Positions 9,817-19,410 of a DNA stretch of 64,000 nt are shown here, in pieces. A model generated the notes under the pieces. The model was given only the letters and a program-made list of their open reading frames with translations, was not told the origin of the DNA and did no database searches. The translations under genes and the position numbers were made by a program. The stretch is from Thermodesulfobacteriota bacterium (GTDB lineage Bacteria > Desulfobacterota_D > UBA1144 > Nemesobacterales > Nemesobacteraceae): positions 1,451,703-1,515,702 of the forward strand of contig OZ245933.1 in assembly GCA_965229995.1 (NCBI GenBank), in the 5' to 3' direction. Within the stretch, counting starts at the first letter, position 1, and the number at the start of each line of letters is the position of its first letter.

Positions 9817-10506
9817 ATGGAACATTTCAGCTGGTTTTCCTTGGCCGGTCTCATAGAATACGACCATATTCTGGGCGGAGTGCTCGTAATCTTGTTCATA
9901 CTGTTTACAGGCTTGAGGATAAAAAATCATTACTCGAAAGAAGAATCCGTAATCCCCGAAGAAAAGCCGTCGATGAATGTTTTCTACGAGCTCATTGGGC
10001 TTGAGTTTCTTTTTACCACAATTGAAAACGTATTCGGGTCCCGCGAGAAGGCCAAAAAATACTTCCCGCTTCTAGCCGGGTCGTTTTTCTTCATACTGTT
10101 TGCTAACCTGCTTGGAATGGTTCCCGGTTTTCTTCCGCCGACTGGAAATCTCAACACCACGGTCGCGTGTTCGCTACTCATATTCGTCATGTACAACTAC
10201 TACGGAGTAAGGGAGCACGGGTTCGGTTACCTGAAACATTTTTTGGGCCCGGTAATTTTCCTCGCGCCGCTTATGGTGATCATTGAGGTGATAAGCCATC
10301 TCGTAAGGCCCCTATCGCTCTCCCTCAGGCTTTTCATGAACATAACGGGCGACCACATGGTGCTTGCGGTATTTACCGACCTCACGCATATACTGATTCC
10401 CATGGCTTTTGTGGGACTCGGTATTTTTGTATCTTTTCTGCAGGCTTTTATATTCACTATACTTTCGACCATATATATCGCGCTTGCCGAAGCGCATGAA
10501 CACTGA
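9817..10506 (+). CDS. atpB: ATP synthase Fo subunit a
   Basis: NLLGMVPG, PPTGNLN, RPLSLSLRLFMN, LQAFIF. Confidence 0.97.
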   Translation: MEHFSWFSLAGLIEYDHILGGVLVILFILFTGLRIKNHYSKEESVIPEEKPSMNVFYELIGLEFLFTTIENVFGSREKAKKYFPLLAGSFFFILFANLLGMVPGFLPPTGNLNTTVACSLLIFVMYNYYGVREHGFGYLKHFLGPVIFLAPLMVIIEVISHLVRPLSLSLRLFMNITGDHMVLAVFTDLTHILIPMAFVGLGIFVSFLQAFIFTILSTIYIALAEAHEH

Positions 10507-10527
10507 CATAAATCTAGGAGGTAAGAA

Positions 10528-10854
10528 ATGAAAAGGTTATTTTCTTTTATAGGTCTGACGGCGCTTGCTTCGCTTGGCGCTTTCGTTCCTGACGCGTTTG
10601 CCGCGACTGAGGGGGGCTTAGGCGAAATGGCCAAGATGGGACTTGGCATCGGCGCCGGCATAGGAATAGGAATAGCCGCGGGCGTCGCAGGAATAGGTCA
10701 GGGGCTTGCCACGGCTTCCGCCCTTGACGGCATAGCCAGAAATCCCGGTGCTTCCGCGAAGATTCAGACACCGATGATTATCGGTCTCGCCCTGATCGAG
10801 TCTCTGGTAATCTACGCCCTGCTGATAGCGTTTCTGCTTCAGGACAAAATCTGA
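10528..10854 (+). CDS. atpE: ATP synthase Fo subunit c
   Basis: Gly-rich helix, ARNP loop, ALIES with the ion-binding Glu. RBS AGGAGG. Confidence 0.97.
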   Translation: MKRLFSFIGLTALASLGAFVPDAFAATEGGLGEMAKMGLGIGAGIGIGIAAGVAGIGQGLATASALDGIARNPGASAKIQTPMIIGLALIESLVIYALLIAFLLQDKI

Positions 10855-10863
10855 CGCATAGAT

Positions 10864-10909
10864 AAAGACGGGGAACAGCGGAACGATACGCTGCTCCCCG
10901 TCTTTTATT
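10864..10909 (+). terminator. Rho-independent terminator after atpE
   Basis: AAAGACGGGGAACAGCG-GAACGATA-CGCTGCTCCCCGTCTTTTATT hairpin with one mismatch, followed by a T-rich tail. Confidence 0.8.
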
Positions 10910-11019
10910 GGCAGCCGTGCCCCTTGTGTAGACCACCCGTAAGACATATCTCGCAAAGAAGCTTTCTGACCCCAATCACAGGTTTATCAGTGCAACCACA
11001 ACCTCTCTTTTTAATTTAA

Positions 11020-11067
11020 TGTCTTATATAGTAGACAAATAGTCCTTAATTGATAATACTATAGGAC
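11020..11067. promoter_or_regulatory. Putative autoregulatory operator palindromes upstream of the TA operon
   Basis: TGTCT-N8-AGACA (11020-11037) and GTCCT-N16-AGGAC (11042-11067) in an AT-rich region just before the antitoxin ATG. Confidence 0.45.
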
Positions 11068-11068
11068 A

Positions 11069-11410
11069 ATGAAATCACAAGCACCGCAAACGCTTCCGCG
11101 GACAGCCCGCCAAGCTTTAGTCAAACTTGGCGCGGATATAGCCGTCGCGCGCAAAAAACGCCGCATCTCGACGGTTTCAATGGCGGAACGCGCCTTTATC
11201 AGCCGCGCTACTCTTTACAAGGTTGAAAAGGGTGACCCTACAGTCTCGATGGGAATATACACGACGGTTCTAGCTATCCTCGGTCTTGCCGAAGGGTTAG
11301 CTCAAGTCGCCGACCGCATCAATGACGCTTTGGGCCTTGATCTTGACGAGGACCGTCTGCCCAAGAAAATCATGTCCGGGAGACACAGAGGCAAGAGGAT
11401 CCGCCAATGA
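11069..11410 (+). CDS. XRE-family HTH protein, putative HipB-like antitoxin
   Basis: LG..I..ARK.R.IS...MAERA.ISR.TL.KVEKGDP HTH. Stop overlaps the hipA start (ATGA). Confidence 0.85.
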   Translation: MKSQAPQTLPRTARQALVKLGADIAVARKKRRISTVSMAERAFISRATLYKVEKGDPTVSMGIYTTVLAILGLAEGLAQVADRINDALGLDLDEDRLPKKIMSGRHRGKRIRQ

Positions 11411-12657
11411 GAGATGCAATTGAGATCCATGTTGACCAGCCGGACGGTACTCGAATGGTCGGGCGGTTCCGCTATGTAAGCAGCCGCCACAACCGAAGCT
11501 CTGTATTCGAATATGCGGACGAATGGCTCGGTGACCCCACTGCCTTTGCGATTGATCCGGAAAATCTGCCGCTACGGGACGGGCCGTTTTATACTTCTTC
11601 AGGTAAATCCGCGCTGCCGGGAGCGATCCGCGACGCGGCACCCGACCGATGGGGTCGGCAGCTTATCAAGCGCGCGTTTAGCAAAGCCGGGGAAAAGCGA
11701 CCCCTTTCGGAGATTGATTACCTGCTCGCAGTCGCGGACCACACGCGCATCGGCGCGCTGCGTTTCAGGCTTGAGGGCAAAGATTCATTTGATCATGACA
11801 CCGGTAATTTCCGTGTACCGCCCCTGATTCATTTGCCGGCGCTTATAAATGCGGCCGATGCTGTCCAGACGAATACCGAAACGGCGGAAGACCTTAAACT
11901 GCTCCTGAATGAAGGCTCGCCACTCGGCGGCGCACGACCGAAATCCGCTGTAGAGGATAAAAACGGCGCGCTGGCAATCGCCAAGTTTCCAAAGCCCGAT
12001 GACGACCGTAGCATACCGCATGGAGAAGTACTGGCGATGACGCTGGCGCGTAAGGCGGGGCTGACCGTGGCCGATGCCAAGCTGCAGGATGTAGCCGGTC
12101 GCCCAGTGGCGCTGATTCGGCGCTTTGACCGAACGGGCAGCCGACGTATCCCGTTTCTGTCAGCCATGAGCCTTCTCGGGCTAAATGACGGAGATGAAGC
12201 AACTTACACCGACATTGCAGAGATTATACGCATGTATTCGAGTTCGCCTATGGAAGACCTGCACGAACTCTGGCGAAGGATGGTCTTCAATGTGATGGTC
12301 GGCAATCTTGACGATCATCTGCGCAATCACGGATTTCTTTACGACCGCAACGACAGATGGCGATTATCGCCCGCCTATGACCTTAATCCCGTGCCGCTTG
12401 CGGAAAAAGCCCGGGAACTTACAACTTGGATCTCGGAACAGGGACCTGAAGCCGACCTTGATCTGGCACGCGAGGCAACACCGTTTTTTGCTCTGAAGAA
12501 AAAACAGGCTGAGGCAATGATTGATGAAATATCGGCTGTTCTGAAAAACTGGAGAAGTACAGCACGCCGCCTGGGTATGAGTTCCAAGGACATCGCCGTT
12601 TACGCCACAGCGATTCTAGGAGATCAAAACATCAATAAAAGATCATTCAGATCGTAA
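11407..12657 (+). CDS. hipA: HipA-family serine/threonine kinase toxin
   Basis: PDRWGR, GSPLGGARPK, IAKFP, RRFDR, GNLDDHLRNHGF, LSPAYD motifs. Confidence 0.92.
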   Translation: MRDAIEIHVDQPDGTRMVGRFRYVSSRHNRSSVFEYADEWLGDPTAFAIDPENLPLRDGPFYTSSGKSALPGAIRDAAPDRWGRQLIKRAFSKAGEKRPLSEIDYLLAVADHTRIGALRFRLEGKDSFDHDTGNFRVPPLIHLPALINAADAVQTNTETAEDLKLLLNEGSPLGGARPKSAVEDKNGALAIAKFPKPDDDRSIPHGEVLAMTLARKAGLTVADAKLQDVAGRPVALIRRFDRTGSRRIPFLSAMSLLGLNDGDEATYTDIAEIIRMYSSSPMEDLHELWRRMVFNVMVGNLDDHLRNHGFLYDRNDRWRLSPAYDLNPVPLAEKARELTTWISEQGPEADLDLAREATPFFALKKKQAEAMIDEISAVLKNWRSTARRLGMSSKDIAVYATAILGDQNINKRSFRS

Positions 12658-12678
12658 GCGAAGCTCGAAGGATAACCG

Positions 12679-14034
12679 CTAACTGTTGATACCGGGATAA
12701 TTCTTCAGAACAAAATCTATAGCCTCTTCCTTTGAGGAAAGCCTGTTTTCAAGCTGTAGTTCTTCCACCCGTCCCAGTATTTCAGAAAAAACGGGGCCGG
12801 GAGAATAACCAAGATCTATAAGATCCTGTCCGCCAAGAAGTAGCAGAGGTTTTATTTCTTCCTGTCCGTATTCTTCCATTTTTTCTCTGATGAAGTCGTA
12901 GGCATCCGTTTTCCCGTGACTTGCCATGCAGTCGGCAAGGTGCATTTGCATATGCTCCTCAAAATAGGGAAGTGAAAGAAATTTCTTCAGGGTACTTTCT
13001 CTCATGTTGAAAACGTCCTTGAACTTGAGATGCTCTAATATAAGTTCGGAAATTCTCTTTATCTGCTTTTTGGAAAATCTGAGTCTCCTGCATATATGCT
13101 CCGACATCTTGGCCCCCACCCTGTCGTGTCCATTAAACCTTATCCTGTCGGATTCGCTGTAAGTTGGCGGCTTGCCCACGTCATGGAGAAGCGCGGCAAC
13201 CGCAAGCTCATCCGAATAGCAGCCGTCTGTGTTCCCATAAAGCATGTCCATAACAAGGCAGGTATGCTCAAACACATCTCCTTCGGGATGAAATTGAGGA
13301 GGCTGCTGCACTCCATGCATACATTCGACTTCGGGGAGAAAATGCTCAAGAAGACCGGAAGCGCTCAGAAGCCTGAGTCCGTCTCCGGGATTTCGGCGGG
13401 TAAGTATCTTAACGAGTTCCTCGCGTATTCTTTCCCCGCTTACGACTGATATTTCCGAAGCCGCGTCACGGATAGCCGAGAGCGCCGCCCCGTCAAGCTC
13501 AAAACCGAGACATGACGCAAAGCGCACCGCCCTCATCATTCTCAACCTGTCCTCGCCAAACCTTTTCTCGGGGTCTCCTATGGTCCTCACCAGCCCCCGC
13601 TCAATATCCCCGAGGCCATCCACGTAATCGTAGAGTTCCCCCGAAACCGGGTCGTACAGCATGCCGTTTATCGTAAAATCCCTTCTCCGGACATCTTCTT
13701 CCGGGCTTTTCGTGTAATCGACACATTCGGGATGTCTTCCGTCACCATATCTTGATTCCCTCCTGAAAGTGGCGACCTCGAATCTCATGTCTCCTCTTAT
13801 CACGAGCACCACGCCGAAGCTCTCCCCCACAGCCACGGTCTTTGTAAACGCTTGCTGCACCTGCTCCGGAGTCGCGCTTGTGGCTATATCGATCTCGTCG
13901 CACGCAACGCCGAGCAGTGCGTCGCGGACGCAGCCGCCCACGAAAAAGGCTTCGTGCCCCTTTTCCCCAAGGGTCTTAACGATCTCAAGCGCCCCGGCGA
14001 AATTTTTCTTCTCAAAATCAAGTTCTCTTTTCAT
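12679..14034 (-). CDS. cca: CCA tRNA nucleotidyltransferase with HD domain
   Basis: VGGCVRD, DIDIAT, EVATFR, RRDFTIN, EDRLRMMRAVRF, LLHDVGK. Confidence 0.93.
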   Translation of the reverse strand: MKRELDFEKKNFAGALEIVKTLGEKGHEAFFVGGCVRDALLGVACDEIDIATSATPEQVQQAFTKTVAVGESFGVVLVIRGDMRFEVATFRRESRYGDGRHPECVDYTKSPEEDVRRRDFTINGMLYDPVSGELYDYVDGLGDIERGLVRTIGDPEKRFGEDRLRMMRAVRFASCLGFELDGAALSAIRDAASEISVVSGERIREELVKILTRRNPGDGLRLLSASGLLEHFLPEVECMHGVQQPPQFHPEGDVFEHTCLVMDMLYGNTDGCYSDELAVAALLHDVGKPPTYSESDRIRFNGHDRVGAKMSEHICRRLRFSKKQIKRISELILEHLKFKDVFNMRESTLKKFLSLPYFEEHMQMHLADCMASHGKTDAYDFIREKMEEYGQEEIKPLLLLGGQDLIDLGYSPGPVFSEILGRVEELQLENRLSSKEEAIDFVLKNYPGINS

Positions 14035-14121
14035 AAATTCGTCACCATGGTATGCAAACCGGTTAAATTATAGTTTTTAATTTTACCCGAATCACAATCC
14101 GTAAAGGCGGTTCGAAAAAGA

Positions 14122-15117
14122 ATGAACGAAAGGAATTTCCATAATTTTCTTGCACGAAAGACAAAAGAAAACGGCTCAAGGCTTCTGTTTCAGAAAAAAG
14201 ACGGGTGGAGCTGGAAACAGATCACCTGGCCCGACCTTTCAACGGAGGTTGAAAGCATAGCCTGTTTTCTTCTGAATTCGGGGTTCTCAACCGGAAGCAG
14301 GATCATTGTTTTCTCTCCTAACACTCTGGAGTGTCTTTTCTTCGAACTGGCGGTATTAACGCTCGGAGGAATATCCCTGCCGGCAAGGAACATGAAGGAA
14401 GCAAGAGAGATCCTTCTGAACTCGGCTGGAAAAAGCTTTTTCCTTTCCGCAAGCGCTGATGACGCGCGGGAACTCGGTAAAGACCCTGTGCTCGCAGAGA
14501 AAATAGAAAAAGCCTTTCTTAGCGTGAATGAAAGGCTTCCGGTGGAGGAAAAAATAGTCAGTTACTCAAGCGTCGTAAAATTCGGCTTTCTCGCAAGGAA
14601 AAAACTTAAGGACGAAATAAGCGCGCTCGGAAGTTCAGTAAAAGAAGACTCAGCAGCCGTAATATTCAACGCGGGAGCCGCCCCGGCTGAGAGTAAAAGC
14701 TTTTCCCATGGAGACATACTTGATCTACTGCGCCTCTCAGAACAGGATCTGGGGGCGGTTTCGATCGAGGATCAGACGTTTTCCTACCTTCCCCATAGCA
14801 GCTCTTTTTCGAAATTCGCCAATCTGCTTAACCTGCAGACCGCAACCAGAGGGGCCATAGCGGAGAACGCCGAGGATTTTTTCGCGGATGTTCCCGAGAT
14901 AATGCCGGTTATGGTTTTTCTTCCGGGCGCGGAGATCGAAAACGTAGTTAACAGGCTTTGCGGTGAAAACGGTTCGGCGGAGAATCTCAGGAGCGGCCTC
15001 GGCGGAAGAACAAGGCTGATACTTACGGATGTCTCCCCACATGAGAAAACAATAGCCCGACTCCTCGCGGAGAACATATCCGTCGTCGAGCTTAAGAGCC
15101 TTTCGGTCATCTCCTGA
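14122..15117 (+). CDS. Truncated, degenerate AMP-binding (long-chain acyl-CoA ligase-like) protein
   Basis: W.QITW, G.RI.VFS.N.LE, SYLP.S.SF and LGGR.R resemble FadD15-type ligases. The P-loop is degenerate and the C-terminal half is absent. Confidence 0.7.
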   Translation: MNERNFHNFLARKTKENGSRLLFQKKDGWSWKQITWPDLSTEVESIACFLLNSGFSTGSRIIVFSPNTLECLFFELAVLTLGGISLPARNMKEAREILLNSAGKSFFLSASADDARELGKDPVLAEKIEKAFLSVNERLPVEEKIVSYSSVVKFGFLARKKLKDEISALGSSVKEDSAAVIFNAGAAPAESKSFSHGDILDLLRLSEQDLGAVSIEDQTFSYLPHSSSFSKFANLLNLQTATRGAIAENAEDFFADVPEIMPVMVFLPGAEIENVVNRLCGENGSAENLRSGLGGRTRLILTDVSPHEKTIARLLAENISVVELKSLSVIS

Positions 15118-15120
15118 AGA

Positions 15121-16272
15121 TCAAGGCTGCGGTTCGTTCTCCGTCCCCTCAACGCTGCAAAATGCCCTGCCCCTGCTGAGTCTTAAAACGAGTTTTTCCT
15201 TAGGTTCAAGCGTCCGGGAGTCCTGCACTATCTCACCGCTTTCTTCCTTTGAAACTATGGCGTACCCCCTCTTGAGAACGCCGAAAGGGTTAAGGGAAGT
15301 GAGTTTTCCCGAATAATTTTCGATGCGGCGTTCAAGATTCTCAATTCGCGAGGTCATGTGATGTTTGAAGCTGTTTGCGAGTCCGTCAAGCTGCATGGAG
15401 AACATATCGATGCGGCTTGTGAGAGAAAAATCTAGTCTGCGGCGAAACTGCTCGAGATCCTCGAGAATCTCCCTTTTTTCCCTTACGGCAAGCTCGGCTG
15501 CCATTGAAGGGGTGGCCGCTCTCACGTCGGATACGAGATCCGCTATCGTCACATCCACTTCGTGACCCACTGCAGAGATCACGGGAAAAGGAGAAGCGGC
15601 GATTTTTCTGGCGACCCCCTCATCGTTAAAGGCCCTGAGATCCTCTTTTGACCCACCTCCCCTGGTCACGATCACAATATCCAGATCCGCCATGCCATAG
15701 AGCCTGTCCAAGGCTTCGATTATCTCTGCCGGGGCGCCATCTCCCTGAACGCTAGCGGGAGAAATAATCACCTCAACATTGGGAGACCTTCTGTATATGA
15801 CCTTGATAACGTCCCTGACGGCGGCCCCGGAGGGAGAAGTAACTACCCCTATTTTACGGGAGAGAAACGGAAGAGGCCGTTTTTTCGAGAGGTCGAAGAG
15901 CCTTTCTTCCAAGAGCTTCTGCTTGAGTTTTTCAAGCGCGAGCGCATCGGCGCCGACGCCTTTCGGTTCCATGGCGCTTACGTATAACTGGTAAACGCCG
16001 TTTTTCTCGTAAACCCCAACGCGCGCAGCGCATATAACTTCCATTCCGTTCTCCGGTGTGAACTTTATCTGCTGGTTGTCCCTTCTGAAGGAGGCCGCAG
16101 AAATCTGGCTTTGCCCGTCCTTCAGGGAAAAATACCAGTGGCCGCTTGCGTAATGCCCCTTAAAACCGGAAATTTCCCCCGCCACCCATATTGTTTCCCC
16201 ACCGAACTCAAGTTCAATCGCCTCTTTTATCGAGGAATTGAGTTCCGATACGCTGTAGATTCTCCTGTTCAT
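15121..16272 (-). CDS. xseA: Exodeoxyribonuclease VII large subunit
   Basis: SVSELN, SGHWYFSLKD, IGVVTSPSGAA, RGGGS.EDL, SAVGHEVD, RAATPS. Confidence 0.96.
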   Translation of the reverse strand: MNRRIYSVSELNSSIKEAIELEFGGETIWVAGEISGFKGHYASGHWYFSLKDGQSQISAASFRRDNQQIKFTPENGMEVICAARVGVYEKNGVYQLYVSAMEPKGVGADALALEKLKQKLLEERLFDLSKKRPLPFLSRKIGVVTSPSGAAVRDVIKVIYRRSPNVEVIISPASVQGDGAPAEIIEALDRLYGMADLDIVIVTRGGGSKEDLRAFNDEGVARKIAASPFPVISAVGHEVDVTIADLVSDVRAATPSMAAELAVREKREILEDLEQFRRRLDFSLTSRIDMFSMQLDGLANSFKHHMTSRIENLERRIENYSGKLTSLNPFGVLKRGYAIVSKEESGEIVQDSRTLEPKEKLVLRLSRGRAFCSVEGTENEPQP

Positions 16273-16381
16273 TCTTAAACGTAAATTAATCGGTCAGCTG
16301 GCCGTTGGCAAGGCGCGGAACCGCTTAGATATTAAGAGAGTACGGGTAAAGCTTCAAAAAGAACTTTCCTGCACAGAAAAC

Positions 16382-16879
16382 TCACTCAAACAGATGCGGA
16401 GACTGGCTTTTCACCTTCTCCAGGATTTGGTCCGAAACCTTGAGATTTTCAAGATCCTTGAGACGAAAAAGCTGAGAAGCCCGTAATTTTTTCGCACCTG
16501 TAAAATCGGCATCCTTCAGGACCGCCCCGTCGAAATTTGCAAGCTTGAGATTAGCTCCCGCGAAATCGGCTCCCGTAAGATCGGCACCCAGCATGTGGGC
16601 CCCTTCTAGATTCGCTTCCCTGAACACCGCGCCGCGAAGATCGCACCCCTCAAGATTTACTCCGCGCATGCTCGCCCCGGAGAAATCCGCACCCACGAAA
16701 CTGCAACCCTTACAGAAAGCAAGCTTGAGAACCGATTTTGCAAATACCACGCCGTCAAGATTAAGCCCGTTAAGATTCGCCCAGCCAAGATCCGGTAAAA
16801 CATCGGGCTCCTCTTCCCGCCAACGGTTCCACGCGGCCGCTCCCTGCTTTATTTTTGAGACGTGATCTGAATCAGCCAC
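16382..16879 (-). CDS. Pentapeptide repeat protein
   Basis: WN.WR followed by tandem A(D/N)(L/F)xx pentapeptides. Confidence 0.88.
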   Translation of the reverse strand: MADSDHVSKIKQGAAAWNRWREEEPDVLPDLGWANLNGLNLDGVVFAKSVLKLAFCKGCSFVGADFSGASMRGVNLEGCDLRGAVFREANLEGAHMLGADLTGADFAGANLKLANFDGAVLKDADFTGAKKLRASQLFRLKDLENLKVSDQILEKVKSQSPHLFE

Positions 16880-17090
16880 AACATCCTACCGTCAGTGAAA
16901 ACCCGAAAACCTTAAACGTGGACACAAGGATGTAAATCGCGATCGCTATAAATATTACGCTTCGAAGAAGTCCCCTCACCCCACCTTTTATCTTGCCTCG
17001 AATACTCTCCCCGCAAGCAAGACAGACATCAGTTTTCGCGGTGGTTTCATAACCACACTCTTCACATCTTCTGACAGGTTGCAGCGGCAT
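16872..17090 (-). CDS. Small zinc-ribbon membrane protein
   Basis: CEEC...CLAC plus one TM helix. Tightly packed between thyX and the pentapeptide gene. Confidence 0.6.
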   Translation of the reverse strand: MPLQPVRRCEECGYETTAKTDVCLACGESIRGKIKGGVRGLLRSVIFIAIAIYILVSTFKVFGFSLTVGCCG

Positions 17091-17108
17091 CGGATTATCC
17101 TTTTTTCC

Positions 17109-18608
17109 TCACTTGACTCTCCGCAGAGCCGAACGGACAAAGACCGGATGAACCTCTTTAATGCTCTGCGCAAGCTGCCCAACGACATTTCTTATATCCC
17201 ACTGTGCCGAGGCAGACATTCTGAGGTTCGTCAGGTGATAAAACTCCCATAGATCGAAACTGCCCGAAACCTTCCTGTTATGAGCATTGGTGACAGCATA
17301 GCTTGCGACATCATGAAAACCGGCGTCAACGAGTTTTTCGTAGAACCGCTCGCTTCGTCCGACGGCCTCGAGCAGAAGTTCCTCCGTTCCTGATTCCGCA
17401 ACGTGCGGGGGAATAGTCACACCTTGCTCGACAGAAGGCTCCTTCGCGGTCCAGTTGACTTTCCTGTGCCTGAGCAGCTGATGCCACGCCGCCTCGCTCA
17501 GGACAAACTCCGCGTTGTAATTAACCGATTTGAATATCCCGGCCGGGTTATCGTGCCTTCCGAGTGCCTCAACGGCAATTGAGAAAATCCCCTCAAGTTC
17601 AGATGTGTTTTCGGAAAGATGTCTTTCTATATCACCGGCTGAAAGTCCCGAGAATTCGAAAAGAAGTCCCCTAGCAATCTCCTTTAACGCCTCGGCCTGG
17701 GGATTTTCCTTTCCCTTTCCTGTGTAGTCAAAAAGGGTCACAGAGGATCCGTTTTCAGGTTTGCTTTTTTCCGAACCGCCAAGACCGCGGGAAAATTCCG
17801 CAAGCGCCTCGCGCGTTTTGACTATGTAAGGGGTTTCCTCGGCGTATTTTACAAGCGTCGGAACAGAGAATCTGACCTCGCTTTTTATCTCCTCGGCCCT
17901 TTTTCTCGCCTCAAGGTAGCGGCTTGAAAGAAGCGCGGAGATAGTCTGCTCTATGGCTCTTGCGTTTGCCGTCATCCCCAGATTCGTAAGGGTGGAGAGA
18001 TTAAGAGCGTACCTTGCGTCTTCAAACGCTATTTTCTCAAGCGCCCTGAAGTGGGGTTTTTCCTCCTTGCCTTCGGGAACGGGAATTTTTCTTTTCAGAA
18101 AATCAAAAAGTTCCCCGTTAAGCCTCGAGTAAACCTCGTACTGAAAATCGCAAAGCGACTCGAACTCTCTTTTAAGAGCCGGGTGTGAGTCAAGCTCTTC
18201 GGGAATGTAATTGTCGCCTTTGCGCGGTCTCTGGTATCTCTGGGAATACTCTGTGAACGAGAGAAACTCGTTTGCGCACTCAAGCAGGGAAGAGAAAAGT
18301 CTTGAAACCCTCTCAACACCTATGTGCACGGTCGCGTGCTCGGCAACAGAGGCGTGACCGTAGTTAAGAACCCATTTCTCATGGAACTTCTCCGCCCTGT
18401 CCCTCCCCATCTCCTGCTCCCTTATTACGGTATCTATGTTTTCCCTGAAACTTTTCGGACTTCTGCTTACATAGGCGAAGATAACAGCAACGACTTCTTC
18501 GGGAATATTGCTTATGGTATAAATGTCCCTGTCGAGATTCGAAACGTAACGTTCCATTTCTCGGGCGACGCTTTTATCATCCAGTGCCATTTTCACCTCG
18601 AAAGACAA
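17109..18608 (-). CDS. thyX: FAD-dependent thymidylate synthase, tandem double-domain form
   Basis: YGHASVAEH, FTEYSQRY and EDARY in the N-half. QLLRHR and LRMS.SAQWDIR in the C-half. 499 aa. Confidence 0.88.
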   Translation of the reverse strand: MSFEVKMALDDKSVAREMERYVSNLDRDIYTISNIPEEVVAVIFAYVSRSPKSFRENIDTVIREQEMGRDRAEKFHEKWVLNYGHASVAEHATVHIGVERVSRLFSSLLECANEFLSFTEYSQRYQRPRKGDNYIPEELDSHPALKREFESLCDFQYEVYSRLNGELFDFLKRKIPVPEGKEEKPHFRALEKIAFEDARYALNLSTLTNLGMTANARAIEQTISALLSSRYLEARKRAEEIKSEVRFSVPTLVKYAEETPYIVKTREALAEFSRGLGGSEKSKPENGSSVTLFDYTGKGKENPQAEALKEIARGLLFEFSGLSAGDIERHLSENTSELEGIFSIAVEALGRHDNPAGIFKSVNYNAEFVLSEAAWHQLLRHRKVNWTAKEPSVEQGVTIPPHVAESGTEELLLEAVGRSERFYEKLVDAGFHDVASYAVTNAHNRKVSGSFDLWEFYHLTNLRMSASAQWDIRNVVGQLAQSIKEVHPVFVRSALRRVK

Positions 18609-18645
18609 ATCTGCTCCCCGGTCCCCAGCCCATGGCCTTAGCGGT

Positions 18646-19410
18646 TCAGGAAACCGTTTGCGTTTCCTTGAGTTTATCGACTATGTAAGGCATCACCTTG
18701 CTGGGGCTTCCGTATATGACGGCGCTTACGTGATCGTCAGCTGAAGTTTTTCTCTCGCCGATAATAACGACCCTGTTTCCCTTGTTCATGACCTGAAAGG
18801 GGAAAGACGCCACGGGCTCGATTTCCAGGTTCGCCCCGACGATTATGAAAAGATCGCAGTGCTGAAGCCTCATCCAAGATTCTCTTATCTCCCAGTGAGG
18901 AAGCGGCTGGCCCGGAAAGGACAGCGGAGGCTTCATCTGGTCGCTTTGACATTCCCTGCACTTCGGAATACCGGTTTTGCTGTCTTCAAGAGAAAGCAAA
19001 ATTCCGTCAGTCCGGTAATCGTTTCCGCATTCGTGGCAGTGGACCCAGTTTATCGTCGAGTATATCTCTATTATCTTTTCGCTGCCGGTTTTGCTGTGAA
19101 GCCCGTCGGCCGCCTGGGTCAAAACGCAGTCGACGTTGCAGAGAAACTCCATCTCGTAAATCGCTTCGTGGGCGGGAGAAGGCCGGGCCTCTGAAATTCT
19201 GGGATAAAAATCCTTTATTTTTTCCCAGTACTCCCTTCTGACCTCTGGGCGATTCTTGAATTTCCCTATGTCAGGATTGAAGCTAATATCCGAAACATCC
19301 GGCAGCCCAACCTCAAGGGAAAGCTCGACTCCAGTAAGAAAAACTACTTGGGAGGACTCCCGGATCCAGTTGACTGTAGCCGAAAGCGCGTCCTGTTCCT
19401 GCTCGCTCAT
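18646..19410 (-). CDS. Sir2/CobB-fold protein with degenerate catalytic motifs
   Basis: Sirtuin layout (VFLTG...GLPD, PSPAH, TQ..DGLH, CHEC...CREC, CDLFIIVG) but GAG, QN and HG motifs are replaced. Confidence 0.8.
   Translation of the reverse strand: MSEQEQDALSATVNWIRESSQVVFLTGVELSLEVGLPDVSDISFNPDIGKFKNRPEVRREYWEKIKDFYPRISEARPSPAHEAIYEMEFLCNVDCVLTQAADGLHSKTGSEKIIEIYSTINWVHCHECGNDYRTDGILLSLEDSKTGIPKCRECQSDQMKPPLSFPGQPLPHWEIRESWMRLQHCDLFIIVGANLEIEPVASFPFQVMNKGNRVVIIGERKTSADDHVSAVIYGSPSKVMPYIVDKLKETQTVS

Noticed and set aside
9211-10854. ATP synthase cluster lacking F1 and b-subunit genes
   Set aside because: A split atp operon with atpB-atpE separate from the rest is well known in deltaproteobacteria-related lineages.
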